Part shown: positions 12,000 through 23,900 of the stretch, piece after piece
Numbering within the stretch: position 1 is the first letter of the stretch
Layout of the letters: each line of letters begins with the position of its first letter
From: Raillietiella orientalis
Taxonomy: Eukaryota
DNA: 64,000 bases
NCBI GenBank assembly: GCA_036172245.1
Contig: JAYWIR010000002.1
Span: 5,456,001-5,520,000, forward strand
Direction of reading: 5' to 3'
Program-made: the position numbers and the translations under genes
The notes under the pieces: model-generated
What the model saw: the letters and a program-made list of their open reading frames with translations, nothing else
Told to the model about the DNA's origin: nothing
The model's database searches: none

Positions 12000-13300
12000 A
12001 CGGTTGGGGCACCGACCGGAAAGTCAGGGATCGTCTCGATCCTCCCCAGGGATGCCGGGCGACCGGATCGGCTCTTGAGGGGTTCGTAGAGACGGCTGGC
12101 TGGTTGTGGCCGGTTCGTGCGTGTCAGTCGCATCGCCCCCCAAGGTGCGATGGGGGAAGGAAGGTGACCCCAGCCCCGTGCATGCCGCCTTCGGCAGTGC
12201 AGGGCATTCCATTGCAAGGCTCCCTGGCACGCTTGCTCGTGCTGCGTCCAGCACCTCCCCGGGCGAAGTCTTCCTGCACTTTGCCTGGGTGCCCAGTCTT
12301 CGAGCGACGCGGATGCCCTCGGACCGTGGACCGACCGGGCGCGTGGAGTTCGCAGCCTGAGGAGCTATCCGGCCACTCAAGAAGGGAGCGAAGCTCTCCA
12401 AGGCCGTCCATCGCGTGTGTTTGCAGGGCGGCGTCCACCCTCCGCCTTCTGACGTGAGGACGCTTGGCCCCTTACGGGTGCGCTTCCATGTCTGCAGCGC
12501 CCGCTGTCCAACAGACCCGCGAGCTTCCTCCTGGGAGTGCCGCCGTCACCCACGATCCCAGGACACCACCGGAGCATCCTGGATCCATAGGCCGGTTCGT
12601 ACGCGGGCAGCTGCCTCCGGGTCTCCGTATTCCGAAGACGTGCCCTCTGGGGCACGCCTCTCTAGGCGAATCCCATCGTAGGCCGTTAGTGGCGCGGTCG
12701 CCACGCAACGTGAATTCCGATGCTCGCTAAAGGATCGCCTGTGGGTCGGGGAGAATGCTGATCTCCAGGAACCTCTCCGAGAATCGGGACGTCCCTGCAT
12801 TGAGTCCCTAGAACGGCCCATTCCCCGGGTCCCACCTAGCGCCCTGGCCAGTTGCTCCAGGGACTGCTGCGCGAGGGGACTCGCGTGGTTCATCGCCTCC
12901 GGGCACGACGGCGCGGTGGCCCGGATCGAGCGGGCTGACAGGGAGCACCGAGCCGCTACCAGATGGTGGCCCCCAGGCAGCTGACGCCGGGACTCCGATC
13001 CGACTTATGTGGGCCGAAGGGTGGCACCGCCTGTCCCTTCGAGAGCTCCCGAGCGTCAAGCGCAGGGTGAGCGGACGACAGAAACTGGCCCCTTGCTCGT
13101 GTCCTAAGGGCACCGCCTGGCCCAAGTGGGCACCCCAGAGCAACAGTGGGGTATCGAAAGGGCTGTGGGCCTCGGGGAAGAGGCGGTGGTGCGATGCCAG
13201 CCTCCAGCACTCTCTCAGCATCCGCTGCACTGAGGCAGCCACGAAGAGGACCGCCGCCGTCTACTCGTCCCATGGGGGCGGGGGGGAGGAGTCGGAGGAC
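12000..13300 (-). mobile_element. Degenerate RT-like LINE relic
   Basis: ALGCPLGP (cf. QGCPLSP), VSCLGATI (cf. YLGVTI), GVTF; heavily decayed. Confidence 0.25.
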
Positions 13301-16300
13301 ACCTAAGGAGCAGCCTTCGTAATGAGTCGAGGTCGTTTCCGGGTTGAACCCATGGGCCGAACGGGCTTCTTCCTCGCGAGGACAGCGCGACCGCTGAGCA
13401 AAGACGAGCGGCCGACACGCCCTGGGGCCGACACGACCACGCCTTGCTCTTCAAGCGGGTGCGTGTCCGCTGCCACCCTCGCGCAGCCCTCGAGGTGAGT
13501 CCATTCCACCCCGTGAGACTCTTCCCCCGGGGCACCTAGGCCCACCTCTTCCAACGACTCTACCGCATTCGGATGCGCCGACAGACCGCGGGGCTCCGAA
13601 GATCCCTGAAGAGGAGCTGTGCGGAGTCCTCAGGTTGCCGGGGCTACGAAATGTCTTCCTCCCTTGCGCCTGCGTCTTTCTCGTTCTCTTACCGTCGCCA
13701 ACGCCTCGCCAGGCGCCGATGCGTCCTCATTGGGGGAGAGGAATTCTCGGAAAGTCTGGACCTCTGGCAGGGAGTCGCCCAGAAGGCACCGCCGCGGGCT
13801 ATCCGGGATGCCGCCTTTCTCGTAGCGCTCACGCGTTCGTGAGGAGCAGCATTGGGGTCGCTTTGGGGTCAGCTTCACAGAACGACCTCCGCGCAAGGAA
13901 CAGGCTCGCCTGACGCGTAGGAAGTACCGAATCTCCCTCGGGAAGGAGTCCTTCCGCGGTCCTGTAGCTGCCCCGTGAGTCGAAGGCGTCCCCAACCCAT
14001 CCCTCCTTGCCCCCCCCCCCCCCTCCTTCCGGAGCAACAGAAGGTCGGGGCCGTCCGAGAGGCCTCCCGGCGGCGAAAACCACCCGACGACGACAGTCTG
14101 ACGTTTCTATTTTTAGCTGTGGAGGAGTGAGGAAGGGCGAAGGAGGCAGCCGCCGCCACAGGAGCTTCGGGTTCTTTTTGTGCCGCCGCCGCCCGCAGCA
14201 CAGGGGCACGAACGGCGCCCAAAATAACCCGCACGCGCGCCGCGGCGGCGGCGACGGCGGCGGCGGCTGCAGGGATGGAACAAGAAAACGAGCGCATGCC
14301 CACGAACGCCGGATGCAGGGCGCTGGCGCGAGGAACGCAGCGCTTCATGGGAGCGAAAAGCGGGGGGGAGGAAGAGGAAAGCGGGGAGGCAGGATGATCT
14401 TGAGGGACGATCCGGGTTCTCTGCCTTCTGGGGTGAGGGCGGCGCAGACGGTCACGCACGTTGCCAGGCAGCGAGTCCACCGCCTGCAGGTTCAAGGTCA
14501 CGTCACGGAGGAGCCCGACGCCGCTAGTGGTTGACTAAGAGCCTTGCGGAGGAGCCCGCCCACGCTTTCGAGAAGGGACTGGGCAGAGTCTAGCCCCCCT
14601 CTGGGCCGCGGGGTGCAAGCGCCCGGTTCCTTCGGAGGGCCGGGCTGGGTGCGCGCGAGTCGACCCTGCGGGTGCGTCCTCCCCGAGAGCGCCTGTCGCC
14701 CTCGAGTCCGCCGCCAAGTGACTGTCCGCGCAGCCCGTAGGCGAGTAGGTGCTGGAGGGGCGCCGTCGTTGTGCCCCCCGTGGGACACGCAACGGCACCC
14801 ACGCTTTCAAGGACCATCTGGGAGGAAGGGGAGCTACCACGCCCCGTTTTCGAGACAGTGGACCCGAGTTCGGAGGATGCTGAAGAGGGAAGGTTCGGGC
14901 CGCGGGCATGGTGGCCTGCACGCGAGAGAATCGCCTTGGCAACAGCCGCTGGTCTCAGATCGCGACCCGCGACCTTGACCCAGGGGACTCCTGACCCGAG
15001 ACTTTCCTTCTGGTGAGTAGCAGCTGCTGTGGATTTCGCCGGCGTTAGTGCTCCCACTCGGTGTGCCCGAGGGGCAGTCCTTCGCTCCTCCGCCAGGAAA
15101 ACCATTCAGGAGAGCGCACACCGGGAGAAGCGCTGCGGTCGACCGAGAGCCCAGGGAGGCAAGGCGCGGGAATGGTGCAGAGACCGGAGTGTCGCCGTGC
15201 TGTCCGCAGCACAGAGACCCCCCAGACAGCACGGGGCCCACAGAGCGCCGTCCCGGAGGCGACCTCGCCCGTTACGCGGGCGCCCTTCCAGGAAGGCGCA
15301 TCTTGGGCGATCTCTCCTCAGGAGGTGGCGGAAGGACGTTCCGCACGCACGCGATGGGCGGCCTTGGGGCGCTCTGTCCCTTTCGGATGTGCGCTACACG
15401 CCGCCACCTTACTCTTCCGAGGGAGATCCCCAATTAGGGGACCTTTGCTCCCTTCCCGAGGAGCCTCCAGGTGCCCTCCTGCTCTCAGGGCTTGTCTCCC
15501 CCCCCTCTCCCGCGGAAACGTGTTGCGGCAGCCTCCCCCTTATTTTCAGAGCAGGGCGGAGTCGCCGCCCCACCAGGCGGGGGGGGGGGGGGGCAGAGAG
15601 GTCCCTGCAGCTTGCTGAAGGTTCCCCTGACCCGAGAGGGAAGCCCCAGCTCTCGGAGGCGCAAGCGCAGCCGGACGGGTGGGCGGCAAGGCACAGTCCG
15701 GGCAGGGAAGGGACGCGGGGGATGCCGTCCTGGACAAGAGCGGCCTTTTCGACGGAGAAGAAGGGCAAAGGAGAGTGAACGAGCTGCTTTCCCTTTCTGC
15801 CCATAAGGGGGCGCGGCCCGCCCATCCAGAGTCAGTGGTCGTCTCCCTCTTGCGCCCGCAGCCTCCTGATACCCAAACACGGTTTTCAGGACGGAGGGCA
15901 CCCTGGAAACCACACCCACTCGGAAAGCGTCAGCGGAAGAGGTCCTTCACTTTCCTTCTCCTCGGTTTCCGGGGACCCCCTCAGGCAAGGAAGGCTCTGG
16001 TTTCGGGTCCAGGGCTGCGACGTCGACGCAACACCCAGGAACCCCTTCCCCCCCCCCCCCAACACACCTTGGGGAGAGCCGGCCCTCCGAAAGACCGGAA
16101 GGTGACCTCGGAGTCTCATCTCCGTCCCCTTCTTTCTCCTCCTCCGTTCCCCTCGTTTCAAGCTCATCTTTCGACACAGGGGTGGCGTCGCCGGTCGCCG
16201 ATCCTCCGTGCACGAAAGCGCGCCATCTTGGAACCGTTTTATTTTTGGCAGTCCGCCGGCTCAGGTGGCGCGACGGGCCGCTGCTCGACGCCAATCCCGA

Positions 16301-16939
16301 AATCCCGAAGACGGCTGTCGCGAAGGAGACCTTCCGGTGCCGCGCGGACGGAGCGTGCGCTCAAGGACAGGCCCGCGTGCAAGGGGGGGGAGAAGAGCAG
16401 GTCTCCGCACACGGTGCGTGTGAACGCGAGGCTCTCGTCGGAAAGGTCCTCCGGGAAAGCCTTTCGCTGCCGAGGCGCGCGCGCACGGGGGCCGCCTGTT
16501 GCGCCTCTCGTGGGACGTCCCGCATCCGCGGACTCTAGCGAGAGCTCCGCTTCGCGAGTTCGTAGCGCGGGGCTCGGCGGCTGGGGTGCGCCCCGTTCGG
16601 CGAGAGAACGGTCCCCGACCCATTGCGCTCGCGCATGCGAGCCGCCGCCTTCCCGCCGTGGATGCGCGTGCCGCCGCGGACGAGCAAGAAGGCCAGCGGC
16701 GCCTCGTCGCCCGCCGCTGCACTTCCCCCGATCGGGTACCACGTCGGCAACAGCATCCCGCCGCTGCTTCTCATTTCAAAAAAAAAAAACACGAGCGGTT
16801 TCCGGAGAGGTTGTGGGTGACGGGACGGCTGGCTCGTCTGCGCTCTCCCTCGGCGCAAGCGCCGCCATGATTCTGGAGAAGGAGCAGCAGCAGCAGTCCG
16901 ACTTAGGGGCAGCTCTACTCCTCAAGACGAGAGGTCCGG

Positions 16940-17012
16940 TTTGCTGCTAAACACAAGGCGCCGGTGTTTCTTGTGCTGGACGTCCAAGAACGACAGCAGG
17001 ATGTGCACGAGG
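16940..17012 (+). mobile_element. Degenerate gag/ORF1 zinc knuckle
   Basis: RRCFLCWTSKNDSRMC = C-x2-C-x4-(H>N)-x4-C; may be ORF1 of the 18.8-22.5 kb element. Confidence 0.35.
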
Positions 17013-17180
17013 CCTGCGGGGGTGCAGCGCGTGACCCCGGCACGTGCGAAGGGTGCCCAAACGAAATTTGTCCTCGTGCGGCTGGGATTCGTGGATAGTT
17101 CGCTCTCGAAACTTCCAGTGAACGGTGGTCCACTGGAACGGTCCACCTTTCATAGGAAGCAAAGCTCAACAGTGCGGGGT

Positions 17181-17265
17181 AACAATGAAATGAAATAACA
17201 ATGGGCTCGGAAGAGTGACGTTAACAATGAGTGAGAGCGAGCAACAATGAACTCAAACAACAATG
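17181..17265 (+). promoter_or_regulatory. Cluster of five AACAATG (Sox/HMG-box-type) motifs
   Basis: Exact AACAATG at 17181, 17197, 17223, 17243, 17259; function inferred. Confidence 0.45.
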
Positions 17266-18799
17266 GATTTGATGCGCACCAGTGAGAACGGCCCTAGTGA
17301 ACATTTTGCCAGCACTGCGTGTGGAGCAAGGGATGCTTTTCTCAGAGCACTCCAAAAGATGTGAAATCGACCGCTGCTCGCCTTGCTTCTCCGTCGGGAA
17401 CGACGGCGAAGGGAGAGAGAAAAGGGAGAGAAAGAAGAAATGAAAGGAGAAGGTTCCATTTCTTTTCAGAAGGATTCGGACCTTTCAGAAGGACGGCCTT
17501 CGGACCGTCCTCACTGCTGCCACCCTGTAGTGCTGCTGCTGCTGCTGCCGCAACGGTCTCATCGCATGAAGCTGATAGCCGTTTGATCGTCTCACTCATC
17601 CTAATTGATTCTCCAAGGTGTGCCAGACTGCAGAGACGACACTCTTGAGGCGTCTGCGAGGGTGGCTGTTTTCTTGCGATGGAGGTTCGAAAGTAGTAAG
17701 GAGGAACAGGGACACGACTCCGGATTCCTCTCTTTGCTTCCCAACCCCCTCTCCCCCTCATTTTCTGGCTTCGCTTTCAGTTGCACACCGCCATTCGCCC
17801 GACCTCTCTGCTCTTCTGCAATTCCTTAAGCCCCGACGCTTTCTTGCATTTCAACGTTCATTTGTCTTTCCTTCCCCCCCCTCCCTCCACCTTCTTTCCT
17901 GTTTGTTTGCGTCGAAACTCTCCCCTGCTGGCGACCTTGGATCCGCAGAGGCGCGCTGGAGGGAAAGGTTCGAACGCGCAGTGAATGGTGTCGGCAAAAG
18001 CATCTTCTCGAAGACACGCGAACTTCCTGCCAGGACGGAGGAGCGGAAGAACGCGAGAGAGACACTCTGACGATGCTGACCTTGCTCTGCCACCTCCCGG
18101 CCACGGGAACGCCTGAGGTAGCAGCGGGTTCGGCAGGCTCGGTGGTTTGTTTTCCTAGGTGGGACATCTCTGCGGAGTACCTACTCTCGTCCTTCATTTT
18201 GTACTGAACTCCGCACGCTGCCCCGCCGGCGGCAGGGGTTGACCGATCCACGCCTCCAGCAGCAACCCTGCGGAGACTGGTGGTAGTAGCATTCCTCTTT
18301 ACCCACCACTTTCGCGGACCCCAGGGATCATCCCTGTTCCCCTTCCTCCTCGAGCACGTCGCGGGGCTGAGCGTCGTTAAGAAGCGGAGTGACCTGCGCA
18401 TCTCCCGAAGCATGCGCGTGCGTTCTGCATGCAGCGGAAGCGGAAACTTCTAGCGCCCCCAGAGGTCTTTGGCCGGCAGTGAGAGAGGGTGCCACCCTCC
18501 CCTTTCCCGGTCCCTGAGCTGCGTCTCCTTCCCAGACCGAGAATCGACCTGAGCAGGCTCCTGAAGGAATGGCAGCGAGAATGGAAGTCCTAGAACTCCT
18601 TTTTTCCTTCGGATGAAAGGAAGGTGGCGTGGGAAGGCGCCGCTGGGGAAGAGGGGCATAGGGCCCTTCCTTCCTGGGAGAGGCGGACGACGGATTCCCT
18701 GTCTCCCAATCCGAAAGGGAGCGCCCCTGGGGCAAGGTACCAGCGCAGAAGCCCGCTGGAAAGCCAGGAAAAGGGAGGCACACGTCCCCCTATCCTCCA

Positions 18800-21700
18800 C
18801 CTCCTGGCAGTGATGCCCCGCGGTTCGGACGCTGCCGATCCCTCCCAAGCACGGGCGAAGACGCAAGGTGGCGGAAAGGCCATCCACTCCATATGAGGAG
18901 AAAGCTGCCCGATTCAAGGGTAGCCGCTGGAGAACGGAGGGCCAGAGATGTCTGCCCCCTGCTTCGCCCCGTAGGGAGGGAAGGAGAAGAGGAAGAGCGG
19001 GGAGGGAAAAGGAAGGACCGGCTTCGGGACCGAGGAGGCAGGGAGCTACCCGCAAGGATGGGCAGTGGGGTGGGTGGCCGTGGAGACTTAACGAGGCAGC
19101 GTCGCTTCCCAAGCGCACGAAGGCGCGAGCGCCGGAATCGCGTGCCTTTCGAGCTCGCCGGGAGATGTCAGAGTGATGCGCTGGCATCCCTCTCAGCTCC
19201 GCCGACGCGCCTGCATCTGTTCCGTGGGAAGGCACCCTCCGCGCCCCCCTCGCCACTGCTGCCGTCCGCAGTCCCGTTGACTGCCGAGCATCTCTGCGAT
19301 GGAAGCCGCGAAGAAGAGGCCCGGCTCGATGGTTCGCCCGGAATGGTTGCCTTAGACACTCAGCTCTGGGTGTGCTCCAAGTGCCCGGCCGTGCGCGGCG
19401 GCGGCACTTGGAGCATCTCGTCCGTAGGACGAGCCGTCGCAAGGCCAGAAGCACGGTGGAGCCTCTTCCTGGAGACGCGGACGTCACGGCGCAGGGCACG
19501 GCGGAGGATCACGTTCCAAGTTGCCTTCCGGGGTGAAAGGAGCGCTCGGGCAGCGGTCAAATCGAAATGAATGAACACGTAAAGCCACATTTCCGAAAGC
19601 CCGAAAGAAGACTCCATATGCCGGCCGATGTCCAAGCGGACTACGGCCAAGGAACGAGTTGCCTCTAAGGCTTAACTCTGGAGAGGCAGAACTCCTCCGC
19701 GCGTTCGGAAGGTTCAGAAACCTCTAGGACTGCAGCAGCAGAGGCCGAAAAGGACCCTCAACATCTTGCAAAGGAGGCGGCTCCAATTACCGAGGATGCG
19801 CTTCGGTCGGAGATGCTCTGCTTTGATGAGGATGCCGAGCCACTAGCGGCCTGGGCGAGTAACGAGTTCCGCAAGACAGTGAGAGACTTGATGGCTCCAT
19901 CAGCGCGAACGCACGGAGGAGTTCCGGCGGGAAACCGAGGGTGCGCAAAACGAGGCAGCCAAGCAGCGTCAGATCGCCGCAATGAGAACCGTCTCCGGGC
20001 TGGGCCGGCTGGCCAGCCGCAGGACGTCTCCAACGACAGGGAAGAAGGCACGTCTTGATCCACGGTTCCACAGATTCCTCCCTTACAAGTGGTGTTGGGG
20101 ACTGTAAGCAGCCTGGAAGGCGATTCCCGCGCGTGTGTTCCGAGACGAGGCCTGCACGAAGAGACTCCGGGAGATTTTCTAGGACTCGAATTCGCACACC
20201 GCACCGACGAGTAACTGCCAGCGCTTGTAGGGTCGCAGCAGCAGCAGCACACGATCCGGGCTGATTCGCATTAAGCCAGGGTTCAAGACATTCCTCAGCA
20301 CCAACAGATAATGTGGAGATGAGGCCAGCTGAGGCATCGCCATCTGGGCTGCATCCCGCATTAGATCGGCCTGGATGATGAAAAGGAAGGGGAGGTCAGC
20401 GTAACAATCCAATTACAACGGATTCTGCTTTGCCGCATCTCCGAATTGCCTGCCACAATAAGGAAGAGAATTACAGCCAGGCCGACCTGCCGACTTGTTA
20501 GATCTGGCCTCCTCCTCCGAACTCTTTGAACTCGAGGCGCAGGGAGCTGGACGCAGCAACCGGTGCCAGAACAACGGCAAGCCGCGCAACTTGCGCGCAC
20601 CGGATAGCGAACTCTTTGGACGGACAGCCGAGGTGCAAGAACTCCGCCGATGAAGCTCGGCGCTGCGGCGGAACGCGAACGCGCGAAGAGCTCAACGGCT
20701 CCCGACGTCCATTCATGGGGAGATACTTGAAGGACGCGACGATGACGATCACCAGCAGGACGCCGCATTGTGGAGAGAGACAGCGGAGTTTACGCTACCG
20801 CTTAGGAAAGAGGCGAGCTGGAGGAAACCCCATCTGGTGGTTCCGCGATGGGTGCAACAGAGTGCCAGAACCAGGGATCAGAAACCACTTCTCCGTTTGC
20901 TATAGTGTGGCACGAGTTAGCTGATTTGTTCACAGCCCACCCCGGACAGAGAGGAAGAGGAAACGCCTCCACCGATTCCTGTGAGCTACCCGAAATGCCC
21001 CGCTTCCATCCTTGCGGGAAGCAACTGCCGAGCTTTCCTTCCGGGTTCTGTAGAATCCTCCGAACTCTAGGTCTCCTATTCCCTCGTATCGCGCAAGGAG
21101 GGTCGACCTACAGCCGTCTGCCGGACGTTCATCAACATTCGCCGCACAGCTGCCAATGCCATCTCGCGGCGAGTAGGAGACGCTACTACGAGAACACGGA
21201 GAAGCCGCCCGAGTGCGCGCGAGCCAGGAAGCCGAGCAGCGGAAACGTTCGGCCTGTGGAAACACCGATCCAGAGATTCGTGATATTCCTTCCTAGGAGA
21301 GAGAAGGATGGATGGGTGGATCAGCGCTGCTCGATTTCGTACCTTCCAGGGTCCTGGAACGCCACCTACCCTCGTGTAAAGCATAATCAGCACTCCACCC
21401 GGAATCCAGGCAGCTCTTTCCCGGAGATGGATGCACGGATGCGAACAGGGGATCCAAAAGGAAGGGTCAGTTTGAGATTCCTCTTCCCATCGAAACTCCC
21501 AGCAAGCTTCTCAAACCGCCGGCAGGATCCTTTGCGAGTAGGAGGGCCCGCTCTCCCTGGGCAGCAGAGAGCGGTGGTGGCAGAGAGCTTCCAGGCGACG
21601 GTTTCTTGGAGCTTTCTCGAACGGGAAGGAAACCCGGAGACGCCTTCAGACTTCCGGGGAATTCACCCCCAGGAAGCTCATCTTGGGCTTCAAGGTGGGC

Positions 21701-22550
21701 TACACCCCCGGGAACGGTGCACAGCCATCGGGAGATGACGCGCTGGCTTCTCACAGGTCCCACGTCTTCGAAATACTTGAGAGAACCTGGGTCCGAAGCA
21801 GACGGCAGCGCAAACTCTTGGCCACGGAAACACTTTAACTTCGCCGGTTTGAAATTTCCCATTGCTCCGAGAAGAGGGATCCGCGGATGCACTCGGTCAG
21901 GCGGGCATTGGGGACTCCCTGCAACGCCCGCCGACATCATTGGACCTGGGGTGCGGTGAACCCCAACTGTGTTAGGTGTGGGGAACGGGAGTCCCTCCCC
22001 CACCTGCTTGTGGATTGTGTGTTGCCCTTCGGCCCCTTTGGTTCCGCTTTGCCGTGGCCATCGGAATCCCCTGCGGCAACCCCAGGGACGCTTTAAAACC
22101 CTCTTCGTTGCCGACGACCTTCGGCCAGCGGCCTCGATAGCGGCCTTGTGCTGCCTTCGCGGGATCGTCGCCGCATGGAGCACGGCTACGGGAGGACCAC
22201 GCGATAAGGATGCCATCCAGTGCGCCTCCCAATTCCTGAGGAGGGCGTCGCGATGGCCCCACCTGGATCCTCAAATGCAGCAAGAGCGTGCCAGCATCCT
22301 GAGAAGGATGATGCGGCCCCAGCAGCAACAGTGATCCCTTCCCGTACCCTCCCACTCTTTTTTTCTTTTTGTTTAGTTTTTTTTTTCTTTTTGTTTTTCC
22401 CCCTTCCTTGGTGGACCGTACCGGTCTGCGAACCGGTGACCTGGCAGGCTCCGTGGTTCTTCGTGCTTGGCTGCAGCATTGCTGCAGCCACTGACATTTT
22501 TACTGTAAAGTTTATTTTTTAATAAACGACCCGGAGAAATCCGGGTGAAA
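18800..22550 (+). mobile_element. Decayed near-complete ORF2 + 3' UTR of an L1/Tx1-clade non-LTR retrotransposon
   Basis: Collinear relics: APE-like VGGRGDL and ARLD (~19.07-19.33 kb); linker PITEDALR...NEFRKTVRDLMAP (cf. PITEEEI..NEFYKTFWDLLAP); IFLPRREKDG; zf-RVT PNCVRCGERESLPHLLVDC; C-terminal ALCCLRGIVAAWS; stop at 22334; T-rich UTR; AATAAA. Many stops and frameshifts. Confidence 0.7.
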
Positions 22551-23099
22551 ATCGGTCAGGCGGGCGTGTGCGCATCGATCAGGTCGGTCGAGGGGATATC
22601 AGGTGTAGCCATGGCACCCGAAGCACGCGAGCAGCTCTTTGGATGCCTTTCGGCAGCTGCTGAAATCGGCGTCCGGTTGGTTTCTTGCATCCGAAGAAGG
22701 GCGAAGAATCAGACCACTTCCTGTTCGTCGCTGAACGTGCGTGGATGGCAACCGAACGCGGACTGCAGATCTGCGGGTGCTGAAGTGTTGCAGGAGTCAT
22801 CCGTTGGGATCGGAGAGGAGGAGCAGGCAGTTAGCGGCAGAGGTACGTCACGTCCCGTCCGTCTCTTGGAACACCCAAGGCTGGTGCGCGTCGCCAAACA
22901 TCACCACGCCGACGCGATTCGGGGAAGTGGACAGATGCTGCACTCCGTTTGCCAGAGACTGCCGCCCCGCAGAGACCGCGGACCTGATCCGCAAGGTGGC
23001 CATCGCGACCGGGTTCGTGACCTGAGGCCATTCGCGACTTCGTCCTCTGGCCGAGGAGGGCTGAGAGGCACTCGGGCCCGGAAGGTGGCTGCTGAGAAG

Positions 23100-23900
23100 A
23101 CGCCTCTCGGCTGGTCGCTTTCAGACCTCCGCGGCCTGCGTTGCCGGGAAAGGCCCGACGATGCAGCTCCCTGCTCCTGGGGGATCGCACGTCGCTCGCA
23201 TCTGCTTTGGTGCACCCAAGCGGCGAGAAATATTCCTCGACGAGAATCCTGGGTGCGGGTGGATCTTCTGGGTCCGCTGTTGCTGAGGCCACCTCGGGTC
23301 CCTCGAGCGGTCTCCACCGAGTGGGTGGAGGCGCCTGCACCTCCCGGAGCACCGTCGGGCGGCACGACCCGGTCTGGAAAGCGCGACCGAGGAACACGAC
23401 GGCCGATCGGCCGAGTCCAGCTGGGTCATTCAGCAACAGCAGCGGTTTCCAGAGACCTCGGAGGAGAGAGCGGAAGCAGTCGATGCTTCCGGTCTTGAGA
23501 AACCCGCAAACGACGATCGGGAAGAGAGGGCGCGGCTGTTCTCCGAAAGAACGTTGGAGGGCGAAGCCATATGACCCGGTCTGCTGGGAGGAGTCGTGTC
23601 GCTCGACCTGCCTGGCATTTGAACGACGCGCCTACGGCTGCCATCACGCTGGAGGACCGCGACGGTGGCAGCGGCACCTGACGACCGCAGCAAAGAAGTT
23701 GCGTGGAGAAAGAACCGTTTGGATGCCGCGAACGCGTGCGCGGCAGCTGCGGCGGCGCATGAAAAAGCGGCCATGTCAGGGAGCCTCGTCCTCTCCTGCC
23801 GTGGGGGGGAATTCCACCTCCGACTGCTCATGTCACCTGGGCGCGCTTCCTCTCCCTCACGACCAGCTCCTCAGGCTGTCTCCCGATTCTCGCAGCGCCC
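23100..23900 (+). mobile_element. RT-domain LINE relic
   Basis: KPYDPVCWE (cf. KAYDRVSWE), then FHL..MSPGRASSP (cf. VRQGCPLSP). Confidence 0.35.

Noticed and set aside
15679..16950. 423-aa ORF, and similar long ORFs at 49265-50602, 8427-9656, 5190-6362
   Set aside because: R/P/G/A-rich, overlapping in several frames, crossing homopolymer runs, no domain; expected in GC-rich DNA
19360..20768. Protein-looking minus-strand ORFs with apparent splice sites (e.g. ADLMRDAAQMAMPQL..., MESSFGLSEMWLYVF...)
   Set aside because: The plus strand carries collinear LINE ORF2 motifs here, so these are best explained as antisense shadows
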